Assembly: GCA_035539015.1 (NCBI GenBank)
Contig: DATLJF010000211.1
Coordinates: forward strand, 3,397-67,396
Direction of reading: 5' to 3'
DNA: 64,000 nucleotides
DNA from: Stenotrophomonas sp.
Lineage (GTDB): Bacteria; Pseudomonadota; Gammaproteobacteria; Xanthomonadales; Xanthomonadaceae
Under the pieces are notes generated by a model. It ran no database searches. It was given only the letters and a program-made list of their open reading frames with translations, and was not told the DNA's origin. A program made the translations under genes and the position numbers. The number at the start of each line of letters is the position of its first letter. The first letter of the stretch is position 1. Shown here in pieces: positions 35,104 through 44,357 of this stretch.

Positions 35104-36741
35104 TCACGGCATTGCGCGCGCCAACACCGCGTCCACCGGCGCCGCGTCCGGCAGCGTGCCAAACGCCAGCCCATGGTCGCCGGCCAGGCGCGTAGCGACA
35201 AAAGCAGCGGCAGCCGGGCTGCCGCTGCGCAACAACAACCCGGCCTGCAGCGCCAACACGCAATGCTCGGCGACCCGCCGCGCCGAAAATTCATCGGCGC
35301 CGCTGGCCAACTCCGTGCGCACCCGCGCGATCGCGGCGGCATAGCCGGGCGTTGCGTCGCCGGCAAGTTCCAGCTCCGCCAATAATGCTTGTAGGGCCTT
35401 CGGTTCGCGCCCCAGCGCACGCAGCACGTCCAGGCACTGGATATTGCCGCTGCCCTCCCAGATCGAGTTGAGCGGCGCCTGTCGATACAGCCGCGGCATG
35501 ATCGATTCTTCCACGTAGCCGGCCCCACCCAGGCATTCCTGCGCCTCGTTGACGAAGGCCGGCGCACGCCGGCAGAGCCAGTATTTCCCCAGCGCAGTGG
35601 CCACGCGAGCGAACGCCGCTTCGCCGGCATCGCGGGGCGCGCGATCCACTGCGCGCGCCACGCGCAGCGCCAATACCGTCGCCGCCTCCGATTCGATCGC
35701 CAGGTCGGCCAGTACATTGGCCATCAACGGGTGCTCGACCAGGCGACGACCGAAGCTGCGGCGATGGCGCGCATGGTGCAGCGCCTGCAGCAGCGCCATG
35801 CGCATCTCGGCCGCAGCGCCGAGCATGCAGTCCAGCCGGGTCATCATCACCATCGGGATGATCGTCGCCACGCCGCGGCCTTCCTCGCCGATGCGGCGCG
35901 CCCAGGCGCCACAGAACTCGACCTCGCTGGAGGCATTGGACCAATCGCCGAGCTTGTCCTTCAGGCGCATCAACCGGAACGCATTGCGACGGCCATCGTC
36001 CAGGCGCCGCGGCATCAGCAGGCAGGTCAAGCCCGCCGGTGCCTGCGCCAGCACCAGGAAGCCATCGGACATGGGCGCGGAGAAGAACCATTTGTGGCCG
36101 ACCAGCGCATAGGCGCCCTCCTCGCCGAGGGGCGTGGCGACGGTCGCGTTGGCGCGCACGTCCGAGCCGCCCTGCTTTTCAGTCATGCCCATTCCCAGCG
36201 TGATACCGGCCTTCGCGGCGATGGGCACATCGGCGGCGGCGTAGACCGGCTCGGCCGCCTTGCGGGTCCATTCGGCCACGCCGGGGTCCTGCCGCAACAC
36301 GGCCACGCCGGCGTGGGTCATCGTCAACGGGCAACTGGTACCGGCCTCGGCCTGGTGGTGCAGATAGCTCAACGCCGCGCGCGCCACGTGCGCGCCGGGC
36401 GTGGCCGCATGCCAGGAAAGCCCGGCCACGCCGTGCTGCTTGGCCAGGTCCATGAGCTGGTGGTAAGCCGGGTGGAATTCGACCACGTCGATGCGGTGAC
36501 CCTGGGCGTCGTGCGTGCGTAGCCGCGGACGGTCGCGGTTGGCATCGAAGCCGAGGCGGTAGAGCGCATCGCCGGCCAGCGCGCCGTAGGACGCCAGGAT
36601 CGGCAGGAAGCCCTCGCCGCCCTCGCGCGCGACGGCTTCGCGCAGCACCCCGTCCTCGCCCCACAGATCGCGCGGCGCGAACGGCGGTGGCTGGTTTTCC
36701 ACCCGGTGCGTCTCGAACGAAGGAACGTCGGTGGACGACAT
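35104..36741 (-). CDS. aidB: AidB-like acyl-CoA dehydrogenase family protein
   Basis: 545 aa from ATG 36741 (MSSTDVPSFETHRVENQPPP...). ...MGMTEKQGGSDVRAN...GHKWFFSAP...EGSGNIQCLDVLR... as in AidB. The long upstream ORF extension to 37953 is rejected. Confidence 0.88.
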   Translation of the reverse strand: MSSTDVPSFETHRVENQPPPFAPRDLWGEDGVLREAVAREGGEGFLPILASYGALAGDALYRLGFDANRDRPRLRTHDAQGHRIDVVEFHPAYHQLMDLAKQHGVAGLSWHAATPGAHVARAALSYLHHQAEAGTSCPLTMTHAGVAVLRQDPGVAEWTRKAAEPVYAAADVPIAAKAGITLGMGMTEKQGGSDVRANATVATPLGEEGAYALVGHKWFFSAPMSDGFLVLAQAPAGLTCLLMPRRLDDGRRNAFRLMRLKDKLGDWSNASSEVEFCGAWARRIGEEGRGVATIIPMVMMTRLDCMLGAAAEMRMALLQALHHARHRRSFGRRLVEHPLMANVLADLAIESEAATVLALRVARAVDRAPRDAGEAAFARVATALGKYWLCRRAPAFVNEAQECLGGAGYVEESIMPRLYRQAPLNSIWEGSGNIQCLDVLRALGREPKALQALLAELELAGDATPGYAAAIARVRTELASGADEFSARRVAEHCVLALQAGLLLRSGSPAAAAFVATRLAGDHGLAFGTLPDAAPVDAVLARAMP

Positions 36742-36831
36742 GAACGACTCCCGCGGCGAACTGCCGTCATTGTGACGCATTGCCAGGGGGGGTTCTCGTC
36801 GCCTCCACGCGCCGGCGGCGACAGTAGCGCC

Positions 36832-37833
36832 ATGGCCAGCACGCGCGACCTGGTGGTGATGCGTCCCGAAGGGCTCTACTGCCCGGCGGGCGATTTCTAC
36901 ATCGACCCCTGGCGCCCGGTGCCACGGGCGGTCATCACCCATGGCCACGGCGACCACGCCCGCGGCGGCATGGGACGCTATGACTGCCTGAGTGATGGCC
37001 TGCCGATCCTGCACTGGCGCCTGGGCCAGCAGGATTACCACGCGCATGCGCCGGGCCAGCCGTTCGAGCTGGGACGCGCACGCGTATCGCTGCATCCGGC
37101 CGGCCACGTGCTCGGTTCGGCACAGGTCCGCATCGAGGCCGACGGCCAGGTCTGGGTCGCTTCGGGCGACTACAAGCGCCAGCCTGATCCGACTTGCGCG
37201 CCATTCGAGCCGGTGCCCTGCGATGTGTTCATCACCGAAGCCACCTTCGCCCTGCCGGTGTATCGCTGGCCGCAGACCGCGGCGGTGGTCGATGACATCG
37301 TGCGCTGGCGCCGCGACTGCGCCGAGCGCGGCGAGACCGCGGTGCTGTACTGCTACGCCCTGGGCAAGGCGCAACGCGTGTTGGCCGAGCTCGATGGCCG
37401 CGGCGAGCCGCCGGTGTTGTTGCACGGCGCCATCGCCGCCGGTGTGGCGGTCTATCGCCAGGCCGGCATCGCGATGATCGAGACCGAAGCGGTCTCCGAG
37501 CAGCCGCGTGGACAGGACGCGGCCGGGCGGCTGGTGATGGCGCCACCGTCGGCCGCCGGCAGCGCCTGGTTGCGGCGCTTTCGCCACGCCCAGCAAGGAT
37601 TCGCTTCGGGCTGGATGCGCATTCGCGGCAACCGCCGCCGGCGCAACTACGACCGCGGCTTCGTGGTGTCCGACCATGCCGACTGGCCGGCGCTGCTGCA
37701 GACCATCGCGCAGACCGGTGCGCGCCGGGTCATCGCCACGCACGGGAACACCGATGCGTTGGTACGCCACCTGTGCGAGCACGGCACTGCCGCCGAATCT
37801 TTCCGCACTGCTTATGGCGAGGAGGACGCATGA
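36832..37833 (+). CDS. Ligase-associated DNA damage response exonuclease (metallo-beta-lactamase fold)
   Basis: ITHGHGDHARGG (HxHxDH) motif, ...SGDYKRQPDPTC..., FVVSDHADW. First gene of the four-gene cluster. Confidence 0.85.
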   Translation: MASTRDLVVMRPEGLYCPAGDFYIDPWRPVPRAVITHGHGDHARGGMGRYDCLSDGLPILHWRLGQQDYHAHAPGQPFELGRARVSLHPAGHVLGSAQVRIEADGQVWVASGDYKRQPDPTCAPFEPVPCDVFITEATFALPVYRWPQTAAVVDDIVRWRRDCAERGETAVLYCYALGKAQRVLAELDGRGEPPVLLHGAIAAGVAVYRQAGIAMIETEAVSEQPRGQDAAGRLVMAPPSAAGSAWLRRFRHAQQGFASGWMRIRGNRRRRNYDRGFVVSDHADWPALLQTIAQTGARRVIATHGNTDALVRHLCEHGTAAESFRTAYGEEDA

Positions 37834-38012
37834 ACGTATTCGCCCGCCGCCGCCTGCGCGCCACGCACGGCGGCGCGCTGACCGGCGCCAAGGTGTTCCG
37901 GCGCGAGGCGCTCGGCTTCCGCCTGCGCTGCACGCCGACGCCAGCGGCCGCACTGGACGCCTTCACCCGCCGCGCGCTGGCCCTGCGCCGCCCTGAGGGT
38001 CCCCAGGCTTGA
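37830..38012 (+). CDS. Candidate 60-aa Arg-rich small protein bridging the exonuclease and ligase genes
   Basis: The ATG overlaps the exonuclease stop (ATGA) and the TGA overlaps the ligase TTG start (TTGA). By hand count, GC3 is about 87%, GC1 about 78% and GC2 about 63%. Product: MNVFARRRLRATHGGALTGAKVFRREALGFRLRCTPTPAAALDAFTRRALALRRPEGPQA. Confidence 0.4.
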   Translation: MNVFARRRLRATHGGALTGAKVFRREALGFRLRCTPTPAAALDAFTRRALALRRPEGPQA

Positions 38013-39613
38013 AGCGTTTCGCCGCGCTGTTCCGGGAGCTGGACCGCAGCACCGGTACCGGTGACAAGCGCGCCGCGCTGGTCGCCTATTTCCGCGATGC
38101 GCCACCGGCCGATGCGGCCTGGGCGCTGTACCTGCTCAGTGGCGGCAAGATCACCAGCGCGCGCCAGCGCATTGCCAGCACCGGCGAACTGCGCGAATGG
38201 ATCACGGCCACCGCCGGCATTGCCGACTGGCTGGTCGCCGATAGCTACGACCATGTCGGCGACCTCGCCGAAACGCTGGCGCTGCTGCTCGACGACCCAC
38301 CGGGCACCAGCGAGGACGTGGCGTTGTCGACCTGGATCGAACAGCGCCTGCTGCCGGTGGCCAACGCACCGGTCGAGGTGCGTCGCGCCGTGGTCGAGGC
38401 GGCCTGGCGCACGCTGGATTTCGAACAGCGCCTGCTGTTCAACAAACTGCTGACCGGCGCGTTGCGCGTGGGCGTCTCGCAGCGCTTGGTGCAACAGGCC
38501 CTGGCCGAACTGTCGGGCCTGGACATCGCGCGCATCGCCCAACGCATGCTCGGCAGCTGGGCGCCGACGCCGGCGTTCCTCGCCGACCTGTTGTCGCCGG
38601 ATGAACTGGAGAGCGACCGTCAACAACCCTACCCGTTCTTCCTGGCCTCGCCATTGGAAGGCAGCCACGAGGCGCTCGGCGATATTGCGCACTGGGTGCT
38701 GGAATGGAAGTGGGATGGCATTCGCCTGCAACTGATCCGGCGTGGCGAGGAGGTCGCGCTGTGGTCGCGCGGCGAGGAACGCCTGGATGGCCGTTTCCCG
38801 GAGATCGAGCGCGCCGCCGCGGCACTGCCGCCGGGTACGGTGATCGATGGCGAACTGCTGGCCTGGCGCATCGACCAACCGCAACCGTTGCCGTTCGCGG
38901 CATTGCAGACGCGCATCCAGCGCCTGCGGCCCGGGCCCAAAACCCTGGCCGAAGCGCCGGCGCGCGTGATTGCCTACGACCTGCTGGAACTGGCCGGCGA
39001 AGACCTGCGCGAACGCCCACTGCGCGAGCGCCGCGCCTTGCTCGAGGGCGTGCTGGCCACCTTGGGCGATCCGCACCTGGTCGCCTCGCCGCTGGTCCAG
39101 GCGAACGATTGGGAGGAAGCGGCGACCCAACGCCTGGAGGCGCGCGAACGCGGCGTCGAAGGCCTGATGCTCAAGCGTGCTGATTCGCCCTATCGCGCCG
39201 GTCGCCGCCGTGGCGACTGGTGGAAGTGGAAGATCGACCCGCTGACGATCGACGCAGTGCTGATCTACGCGCAGGCGGGCCATGGCCGCCGCAGCACGCT
39301 GTACACCGACTACACCTTCGGCCTGTGGCATGAAGGCGCATTGGTGCCGGTCGCCAAGGCCTATTCGGGCCTGGATGATCGCGAGATCCTCGACCTCGAC
39401 CGCTGGATCCGCGCGCATACCACCGAGCGCTTCGGCCCAGTGCGTGCGGTGACGCCAGAGCACGTGTTCGAACTGGGTTTCGAAGCGGTCAATGCCAGCA
39501 AGCGCCACAAGTCCGGGATCGCGGTGCGCTTTCCGCGCATCCTGCGCTGGCGCCACGACAAGCGCCCGCCGGAGGCCGACACCTTGTCCGCATTGCAGGC
39601 GCTGGCGCAATGA
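38009..39613 (+). CDS. ATP-dependent DNA ligase (ligase-associated damage response type)
   Basis: TTG start (no ATG/GTG upstream in frame). N-terminus KRFAALFRELDRSTGTGDKRAALVAYF. Adenylation motif I EWKWDGIRLQ. OB-domain C-terminus. Confidence 0.88.
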   Translation: MKRFAALFRELDRSTGTGDKRAALVAYFRDAPPADAAWALYLLSGGKITSARQRIASTGELREWITATAGIADWLVADSYDHVGDLAETLALLLDDPPGTSEDVALSTWIEQRLLPVANAPVEVRRAVVEAAWRTLDFEQRLLFNKLLTGALRVGVSQRLVQQALAELSGLDIARIAQRMLGSWAPTPAFLADLLSPDELESDRQQPYPFFLASPLEGSHEALGDIAHWVLEWKWDGIRLQLIRRGEEVALWSRGEERLDGRFPEIERAAAALPPGTVIDGELLAWRIDQPQPLPFAALQTRIQRLRPGPKTLAEAPARVIAYDLLELAGEDLRERPLRERRALLEGVLATLGDPHLVASPLVQANDWEEAATQRLEARERGVEGLMLKRADSPYRAGRRRGDWWKWKIDPLTIDAVLIYAQAGHGRRSTLYTDYTFGLWHEGALVPVAKAYSGLDDREILDLDRWIRAHTTERFGPVRAVTPEHVFELGFEAVNASKRHKSGIAVRFPRILRWRHDKRPPEADTLSALQALAQ

Positions 39614-42087
39614 GTACCGCTGCGAGGAGCGCTGCCGAAGCGGCGCGGCGCTGGCGCGGCTGGTTTGCCGAGCGCGGCTGGCGCCCGTCACCGTTCCAGC
39701 GCGAAGTGTGGCGGCGCTACCTAGCCGGCGAGTCCGGCCTGCTGCATACGCCCACCGGTAGCGGCAAGACGCTGGCGGCGCTCGGTGGGCCGCTGCTGGA
39801 AGCGCTGCGCGAGCCTGCCAGCGCACCGCGCAAGCGTGCCCGCGCCAGCGCACGGTCACTGCGCCTGCTGTGGGTCACGCCGCTGCGCGCGTTGGCCACC
39901 GACACCGCGCGTGCCTTGCGCGATCCGTGCGCGGGGCTCGGCCTGGACTGGGAAATCGGATTGCGCACCGGCGATGCCAGCGCGCGCGAAAGACGCATGG
40001 CGCGCCAGGGCCAGGTGGATGCGCTGGTGACCACGCCCGAGTCACTGGCGCTGCTGCTCTCCTATCCTGACAGCGCCGCGCGGCTGCTCACACTGCGCTG
40101 CGTAGTGGTGGACGAATGGCACGAGTTGCTTGGCAACAAGCGCGGCGTGCTGCTGCAGCTGGGCCTGGCACGGCTGCGCGCAGTGGCGCCGGCGTTGCGG
40201 GTGTGGGGGCTGTCGGCCACGCTGGGAAATCTCGAACAGGCGCGCGATGTGCTGCTGCCGGGCCAACCGCAAGCGGCCATCGTCAGTGGCGTGCGCCCAC
40301 GCCGGTTGACCCTGCAGACGCTGGTGCCGGCACAGGGCGAACGCTTTCCATGGGCGGGCCACCTGGGCTTGTCGCAACTGCAGCGCGTGCTTGAAACGAT
40401 ACTGGCGGCGGGCACCAGCCTGTTGTTCACCAACACGCGCGCGCAGGCCGAACTCTGGCACCAGGCGCTGGCGGCGGTATGGCCGCAAGCGCCGGAAACG
40501 CTCGCGCTACACCATGGCTCGCTCGACCCGGTGCTGCGCGCACGCGCCGAAGCCGGCCTGCGCGATGGCAGCGTGCGCTGCGTGGTGGCGACGTCGAGCC
40601 TGGACCTGGGCGTGGATTTCCCCGCGGTCGACCAGGTACTGCAGCTGGGCAGCCCGAAGGGCATCGGCCGCCTGCTGCAGCGCGGCGGCCGTGCACGGCA
40701 CCGGCCGGGCGAATCCGGCCACGTGGTCTGCATCCCCACCCATGCCCTGGAACTGGCCGAATACGCCGCCGCCCGGCGTGCGCTGGCACACGGCCGTATC
40801 GAAGCGCGGCCGCCACCGCGGCTGTGCCTGGATGTGCTTGCCCAGCACTGCATCAGCTGCGCGCTCGGCGGTGGCTTCCGCGCCGATGCGTTGTTCAGCG
40901 AAGTGCGCGCCACCGACGCATTCGCCATGCTGGACCCCGCGCACTGGCAGGGCGTGCTCGACTTCATCGTGCAAGGCGGCAGCGCGCTGGCCAACTACCC
41001 CGACTACCACAAGGTGGTGCGCGAGGAGGACGGCGTCTACCGTGTCGTCGATCGCCGCATCGCGCTGCGCCACCGGCTCTCGATCGGCACCATCAGCAGC
41101 GATGGCAGCGTGCGCGTGCGCTTCCTGCGCGGCGGCGACCTGGGCACGGTGGAAGAACAATTCGTCGGCCGCCTGCGCCGCGGCGATCGCTTCCAGTTTG
41201 CCGGCCGCCTGCTCGAACTGGTGCGACTGGAAGACATGACCGCCTACGTGCGCCTGGCCAAGGGCGGCGAAGGTGCGGTGCCACGCTGGATGGGCGGGCG
41301 CCTGCCGCTGTCGGCCACGCTCGGGCGCGAGCTGGAGAGCGTGCTCGGCGAGCCCGATGATTCACCCGAACTCATCGCGCTGGCACCGTTGCTGCGCCTG
41401 CAGGCGCGGCTGTCGGCGCTGCCTGGCCAAGGTCGACTCCTGGCCGAGACCCTGCGCACGCGCGAAGGCCGCCACCTGTTCCTGTATCCGTTCGCCGGCC
41501 GCCAAGTGCACGAGGGCCTCGCCGCGTTGCTCGCATTGCGTTGGGGGCGGGCCCAGGCGAACAGCTTCGACTACGCCGCCAACGACTACGGGCTGGTGCT
41601 GTCGCCGGCCAACGAAGTCGTGCCCGATGCGGCGTTGCTCACGCAGCTGCTGGACCCGGCCAACCTGCTCGAAGACCTGCGCGAGAGCCTCAACCTGGCC
41701 GAACTGGCGCGCCGGCAATTTCGCGAGATCGCCCGTGTCTCCGGTTTGCTCATTCCGCAGCTACCGGGCCGCACGCCACGCAGCCTGCGCCAGCTGCAAG
41801 CCTCTTCGGGATTGCTCTACGACGTCCTGCGCCGCTTCGACCCCGGCCACCTGCTGCTCGAACAGGCCGAGCGCGAAGTGCTGGGTGGCCAGCTCGAACT
41901 GGCGCGGCTCGCCAGCACGCTTGCAGACTGCACATCGCGCACGCTGGCATTGCGGCAGCCGCGCAGCCTCACCCCGCTGTCGTTCCCGCTCTGGGCCGAA
42001 CGCAGCCGCGGCCAGCTCAGCACCGAAGATTGGAAGGCACGCGTGCAGCGCGCCGCCGCACAACTGGAGCGCCGCCATGGCGGCTGA
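39610..42087 (+). CDS. Ligase-associated DEXH-box helicase (Lhr-core type)
   Basis: ATGA overlap with the ligase gene. Walker A TPTGSGKT, DEWH box VVVDEWHEL, motif VI LQRGGRARH. Confidence 0.9.
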   Translation: MSTAARSAAEAARRWRGWFAERGWRPSPFQREVWRRYLAGESGLLHTPTGSGKTLAALGGPLLEALREPASAPRKRARASARSLRLLWVTPLRALATDTARALRDPCAGLGLDWEIGLRTGDASARERRMARQGQVDALVTTPESLALLLSYPDSAARLLTLRCVVVDEWHELLGNKRGVLLQLGLARLRAVAPALRVWGLSATLGNLEQARDVLLPGQPQAAIVSGVRPRRLTLQTLVPAQGERFPWAGHLGLSQLQRVLETILAAGTSLLFTNTRAQAELWHQALAAVWPQAPETLALHHGSLDPVLRARAEAGLRDGSVRCVVATSSLDLGVDFPAVDQVLQLGSPKGIGRLLQRGGRARHRPGESGHVVCIPTHALELAEYAAARRALAHGRIEARPPPRLCLDVLAQHCISCALGGGFRADALFSEVRATDAFAMLDPAHWQGVLDFIVQGGSALANYPDYHKVVREEDGVYRVVDRRIALRHRLSIGTISSDGSVRVRFLRGGDLGTVEEQFVGRLRRGDRFQFAGRLLELVRLEDMTAYVRLAKGGEGAVPRWMGGRLPLSATLGRELESVLGEPDDSPELIALAPLLRLQARLSALPGQGRLLAETLRTREGRHLFLYPFAGRQVHEGLAALLALRWGRAQANSFDYAANDYGLVLSPANEVVPDAALLTQLLDPANLLEDLRESLNLAELARRQFREIARVSGLLIPQLPGRTPRSLRQLQASSGLLYDVLRRFDPGHLLLEQAEREVLGGQLELARLASTLADCTSRTLALRQPRSLTPLSFPLWAERSRGQLSTEDWKARVQRAAAQLERRHGG

Positions 42088-42724
42088 GTGGGAAATCGAG
42101 CTGGCCGGAGAAACCGTGCGCCTGCTCGGCGCGCGCGCGCTGTACCGGCCCGACTCGCAAGCGCTGCTGATCGCCGATCTGCACCTGGGCAAGGGCGACG
42201 TGTTCCGCCGCGCCGGGATCGGCTTGCCGGCCGGTGGCACCGACCACGACCTCGAGCGCCTGGGCGCACTGGTCGAGGCCTACCCGGTGCGGACGCTGTG
42301 GATTCTCGGCGACTTGCTGCATGGCGCGGTCAACGACGCCGCCTGGGTGCGGCAATGGCAGCAATGGCGATTGCGCCATGCCAGCCTGGAGATCGCGGTG
42401 ATCCGCGGCAACCACGACCGCGCCCTGCAACCCGATGCATTGCGAGTGCGCGATGCCGGTAGCGCGTTCGACGACGGACGCTTCGTGCTGCAACATGATC
42501 CGGCGCCGGTCGCCGACCGCCACGTCCTCTGCGGCCACATCCATCCGCTGTGCGAACTGCCCGGGGTACCGCGACGCTTCCCCGCGTTCTGGTTGCGCGG
42601 CGAGGTCACCGTGTTGCCGGCCTTCTCGCATTTCACCGCGGGCGTCACCCCCGTGCTGCGGCGCGGGGAACGCCTGGCGCCGTGCGTGGAAGAAGAGATC
42701 GTGCCGCTGCCGATGACCCGCTGA
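42077..42724 (+). CDS. pdeM: Ligase-associated metallophosphoesterase PdeM
   Basis: Overlaps the helicase 3' end by 11 nt. IADLHLGKG, ILGDLLH, RGNHD, GHIHP calcineurin-like motifs. Confidence 0.85.
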   Translation: MAAEWEIELAGETVRLLGARALYRPDSQALLIADLHLGKGDVFRRAGIGLPAGGTDHDLERLGALVEAYPVRTLWILGDLLHGAVNDAAWVRQWQQWRLRHASLEIAVIRGNHDRALQPDALRVRDAGSAFDDGRFVLQHDPAPVADRHVLCGHIHPLCELPGVPRRFPAFWLRGEVTVLPAFSHFTAGVTPVLRRGERLAPCVEEEIVPLPMTR

Positions 42725-42727
42725 CGC

Positions 42728-43984
42728 TCAAGCCGGCGCGGACGCGGCGGCCCTGGCCTGCTGCGTTTCCAGGGCGGCCAGGAATTCCGCTGCGAGTGGC
42801 AGACGCCCCAACCAGCCGTGCTGGGTGCCGCTGAGCACCCGCAACATGTGTCCGCGTCCCCCTGGAAGGCGCCCGAGCGGCCGCATTCCGAGATCGCGCG
42901 CACGCGCCACCATATCGCGCTCGGATTGGAACAGTGGCGTCAACCAGCGGCTCCAGAAGTGATAGATCGCCACGTGTGCCTGGCGTTCGCGCTGGTAGCG
43001 CGGCAAGGCATGCGCGAGCGAGGCCTCCTCGCGCAGTGCGCGGGCCAGCGCCCAGGCATCAAGCAGGGCCATGTTCACGCCCTGGCCCAGCTGCGGGCTC
43101 ATCGCGTGTGCCGCGTCCCCGGCCAATACCAGGCGTCCCCAATGCCACTGCCGCGGCACTGCATCGCGATACACCGCGGTGGCCAACTGCGCCGAATCGC
43201 CGATCTCCGACAAACATGCGCGCGCCTGCGGCCACAGCGTTGCGATCTCGTCCAGCCACGGCACCACGCCACCTTCGCGCCAACGTTCGAAATCAGTGCG
43301 CGGCAAGCTCCAGAAGAAGCTCATGCGCCGCTGTGGATCGTCCGGGCGCGTGCCCACCGGCAACAGGCCGATCATCTTGCGCGCGCTTTGGTAGCGCTGC
43401 CGCAGTTCATCGGCGTGCGCCCAATCGCGCTGCGGCACCAGGCACCACAGCGCGCCCCAGGGATACGGCCGATCCAGCCGTGGCGGACCGGCATGCGCGC
43501 GCAAACACGAGGCTGCGCCATCGGCGGCGACGACCAGGTCGAACCCCGCATGCCAACGCCCATCCTGCGACTGCACCCGGCCGCCCTCGGCATCGACCGC
43601 GATGATCCGCGTGCCTACGTGCAACACCGGCGCCTGCCACGCCTGCCGCAGCAACAGGAACAACGCCCCCCGCTGCACGCCCAGCCCGAACAAGCGTCGA
43701 TCGAGATCGTGGTAGCGCATCTCCATCACCGCGCGGTCGCCACCCACATCGCCATACAGGCGACGCACTGGCGCACCGTGCGCCAGGATCTGCTCGAGCA
43801 GGCCCATCTGCCACAGCACCTGCAGCCCACTGGGCTGCAGCAGGAACCCTGCCCCCACCGGTCCCGGCTCGGCGGCCTGCTCGAACACCTCGACCTGGTG
43901 CCCGTCGCGCTGCAACAGCACCGCCAACGCCTGCCCCGCAGTGCCATAGCCGACCACCGCGATCCTTCGCGAACTTCCCTTCAT
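42728..43984 (-). CDS. FAD-dependent monooxygenase (aromatic-ring hydroxylase family)
   Basis: IAVVGYGTAGQALAVLL dinucleotide fold and GDAAHAMSPQLGQGVNMALLDA FAD-binding fingerprint. ATG 43984. Confidence 0.85.
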   Translation of the reverse strand: MKGSSRRIAVVGYGTAGQALAVLLQRDGHQVEVFEQAAEPGPVGAGFLLQPSGLQVLWQMGLLEQILAHGAPVRRLYGDVGGDRAVMEMRYHDLDRRLFGLGVQRGALFLLLRQAWQAPVLHVGTRIIAVDAEGGRVQSQDGRWHAGFDLVVAADGAASCLRAHAGPPRLDRPYPWGALWCLVPQRDWAHADELRQRYQSARKMIGLLPVGTRPDDPQRRMSFFWSLPRTDFERWREGGVVPWLDEIATLWPQARACLSEIGDSAQLATAVYRDAVPRQWHWGRLVLAGDAAHAMSPQLGQGVNMALLDAWALARALREEASLAHALPRYQRERQAHVAIYHFWSRWLTPLFQSERDMVARARDLGMRPLGRLPGGRGHMLRVLSGTQHGWLGRLPLAAEFLAALETQQARAAASAPA

Positions 43985-44012
43985 CGATGTCCCCGGGCTG
44001 CACAAGCAATTC

Positions 44013-44043
44013 AAAAAAAAACCCCGCCCGAAGGCAGGGTTTC
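44013..44043 (-). terminator. Rho-independent terminator of the cold-shock gene
   Basis: The minus strand reads AAACCCTGCC-TTC-GGGCGGGG followed by TTTTTTTTT. Confidence 0.8.
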
Positions 44044-44064
44044 AATGCACGACCGGCTGAGAAA

Positions 44065-44271
44065 TCAGCCGACCGGCGTGATGTTGGAAGCCTGGGCGCC
44101 CTTCGGGCCCTGGGTCACGTCGTAAGTGACGCGCTGGCCTTCCTGCAGGCTGCGGAAGCCCTTGGAATTGATCGCGGAGAAGTGCGCGAAGACGTCAGCG
44201 CTGCCGTCCTCCGGTGAAATGAAGCCAAATCCCTTGGCGTCGTTGAACCACTTGACGGTACCGTTCGGCAT
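44065..44271 (-). CDS. Cold-shock domain protein (CspA family)
   Basis: [32 protein letters not shown] with RNP1/RNP2 motifs. 68 aa. Confidence 0.95.
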   Translation of the reverse strand: MPNGTVKWFNDAKGFGFISPEDGSADVFAHFSAINSKGFRSLQEGQRVTYDVTQGPKGAQASNITPVG

Positions 44272-44357
44272 GGTGATGCGAGACCTTTGCAATATTGAAT
44301 GGGTGGTGTGCGGCTCGCGCACGCGCCGAGTATGCAAAGCTTATGCCCCGAAGACAA

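Noticed and set aside
36742-37953. 404-codon upstream extension of the aidB ORF
   Set aside because: It would run antisense through the whole exonuclease gene. AidB homology begins at MSSTDVPSFETH (ATG 36741).
37730-39859. 709-aa minus-strand ORF
   Set aside because: It lies antisense to the ligase and neighbouring genes. No motifs.
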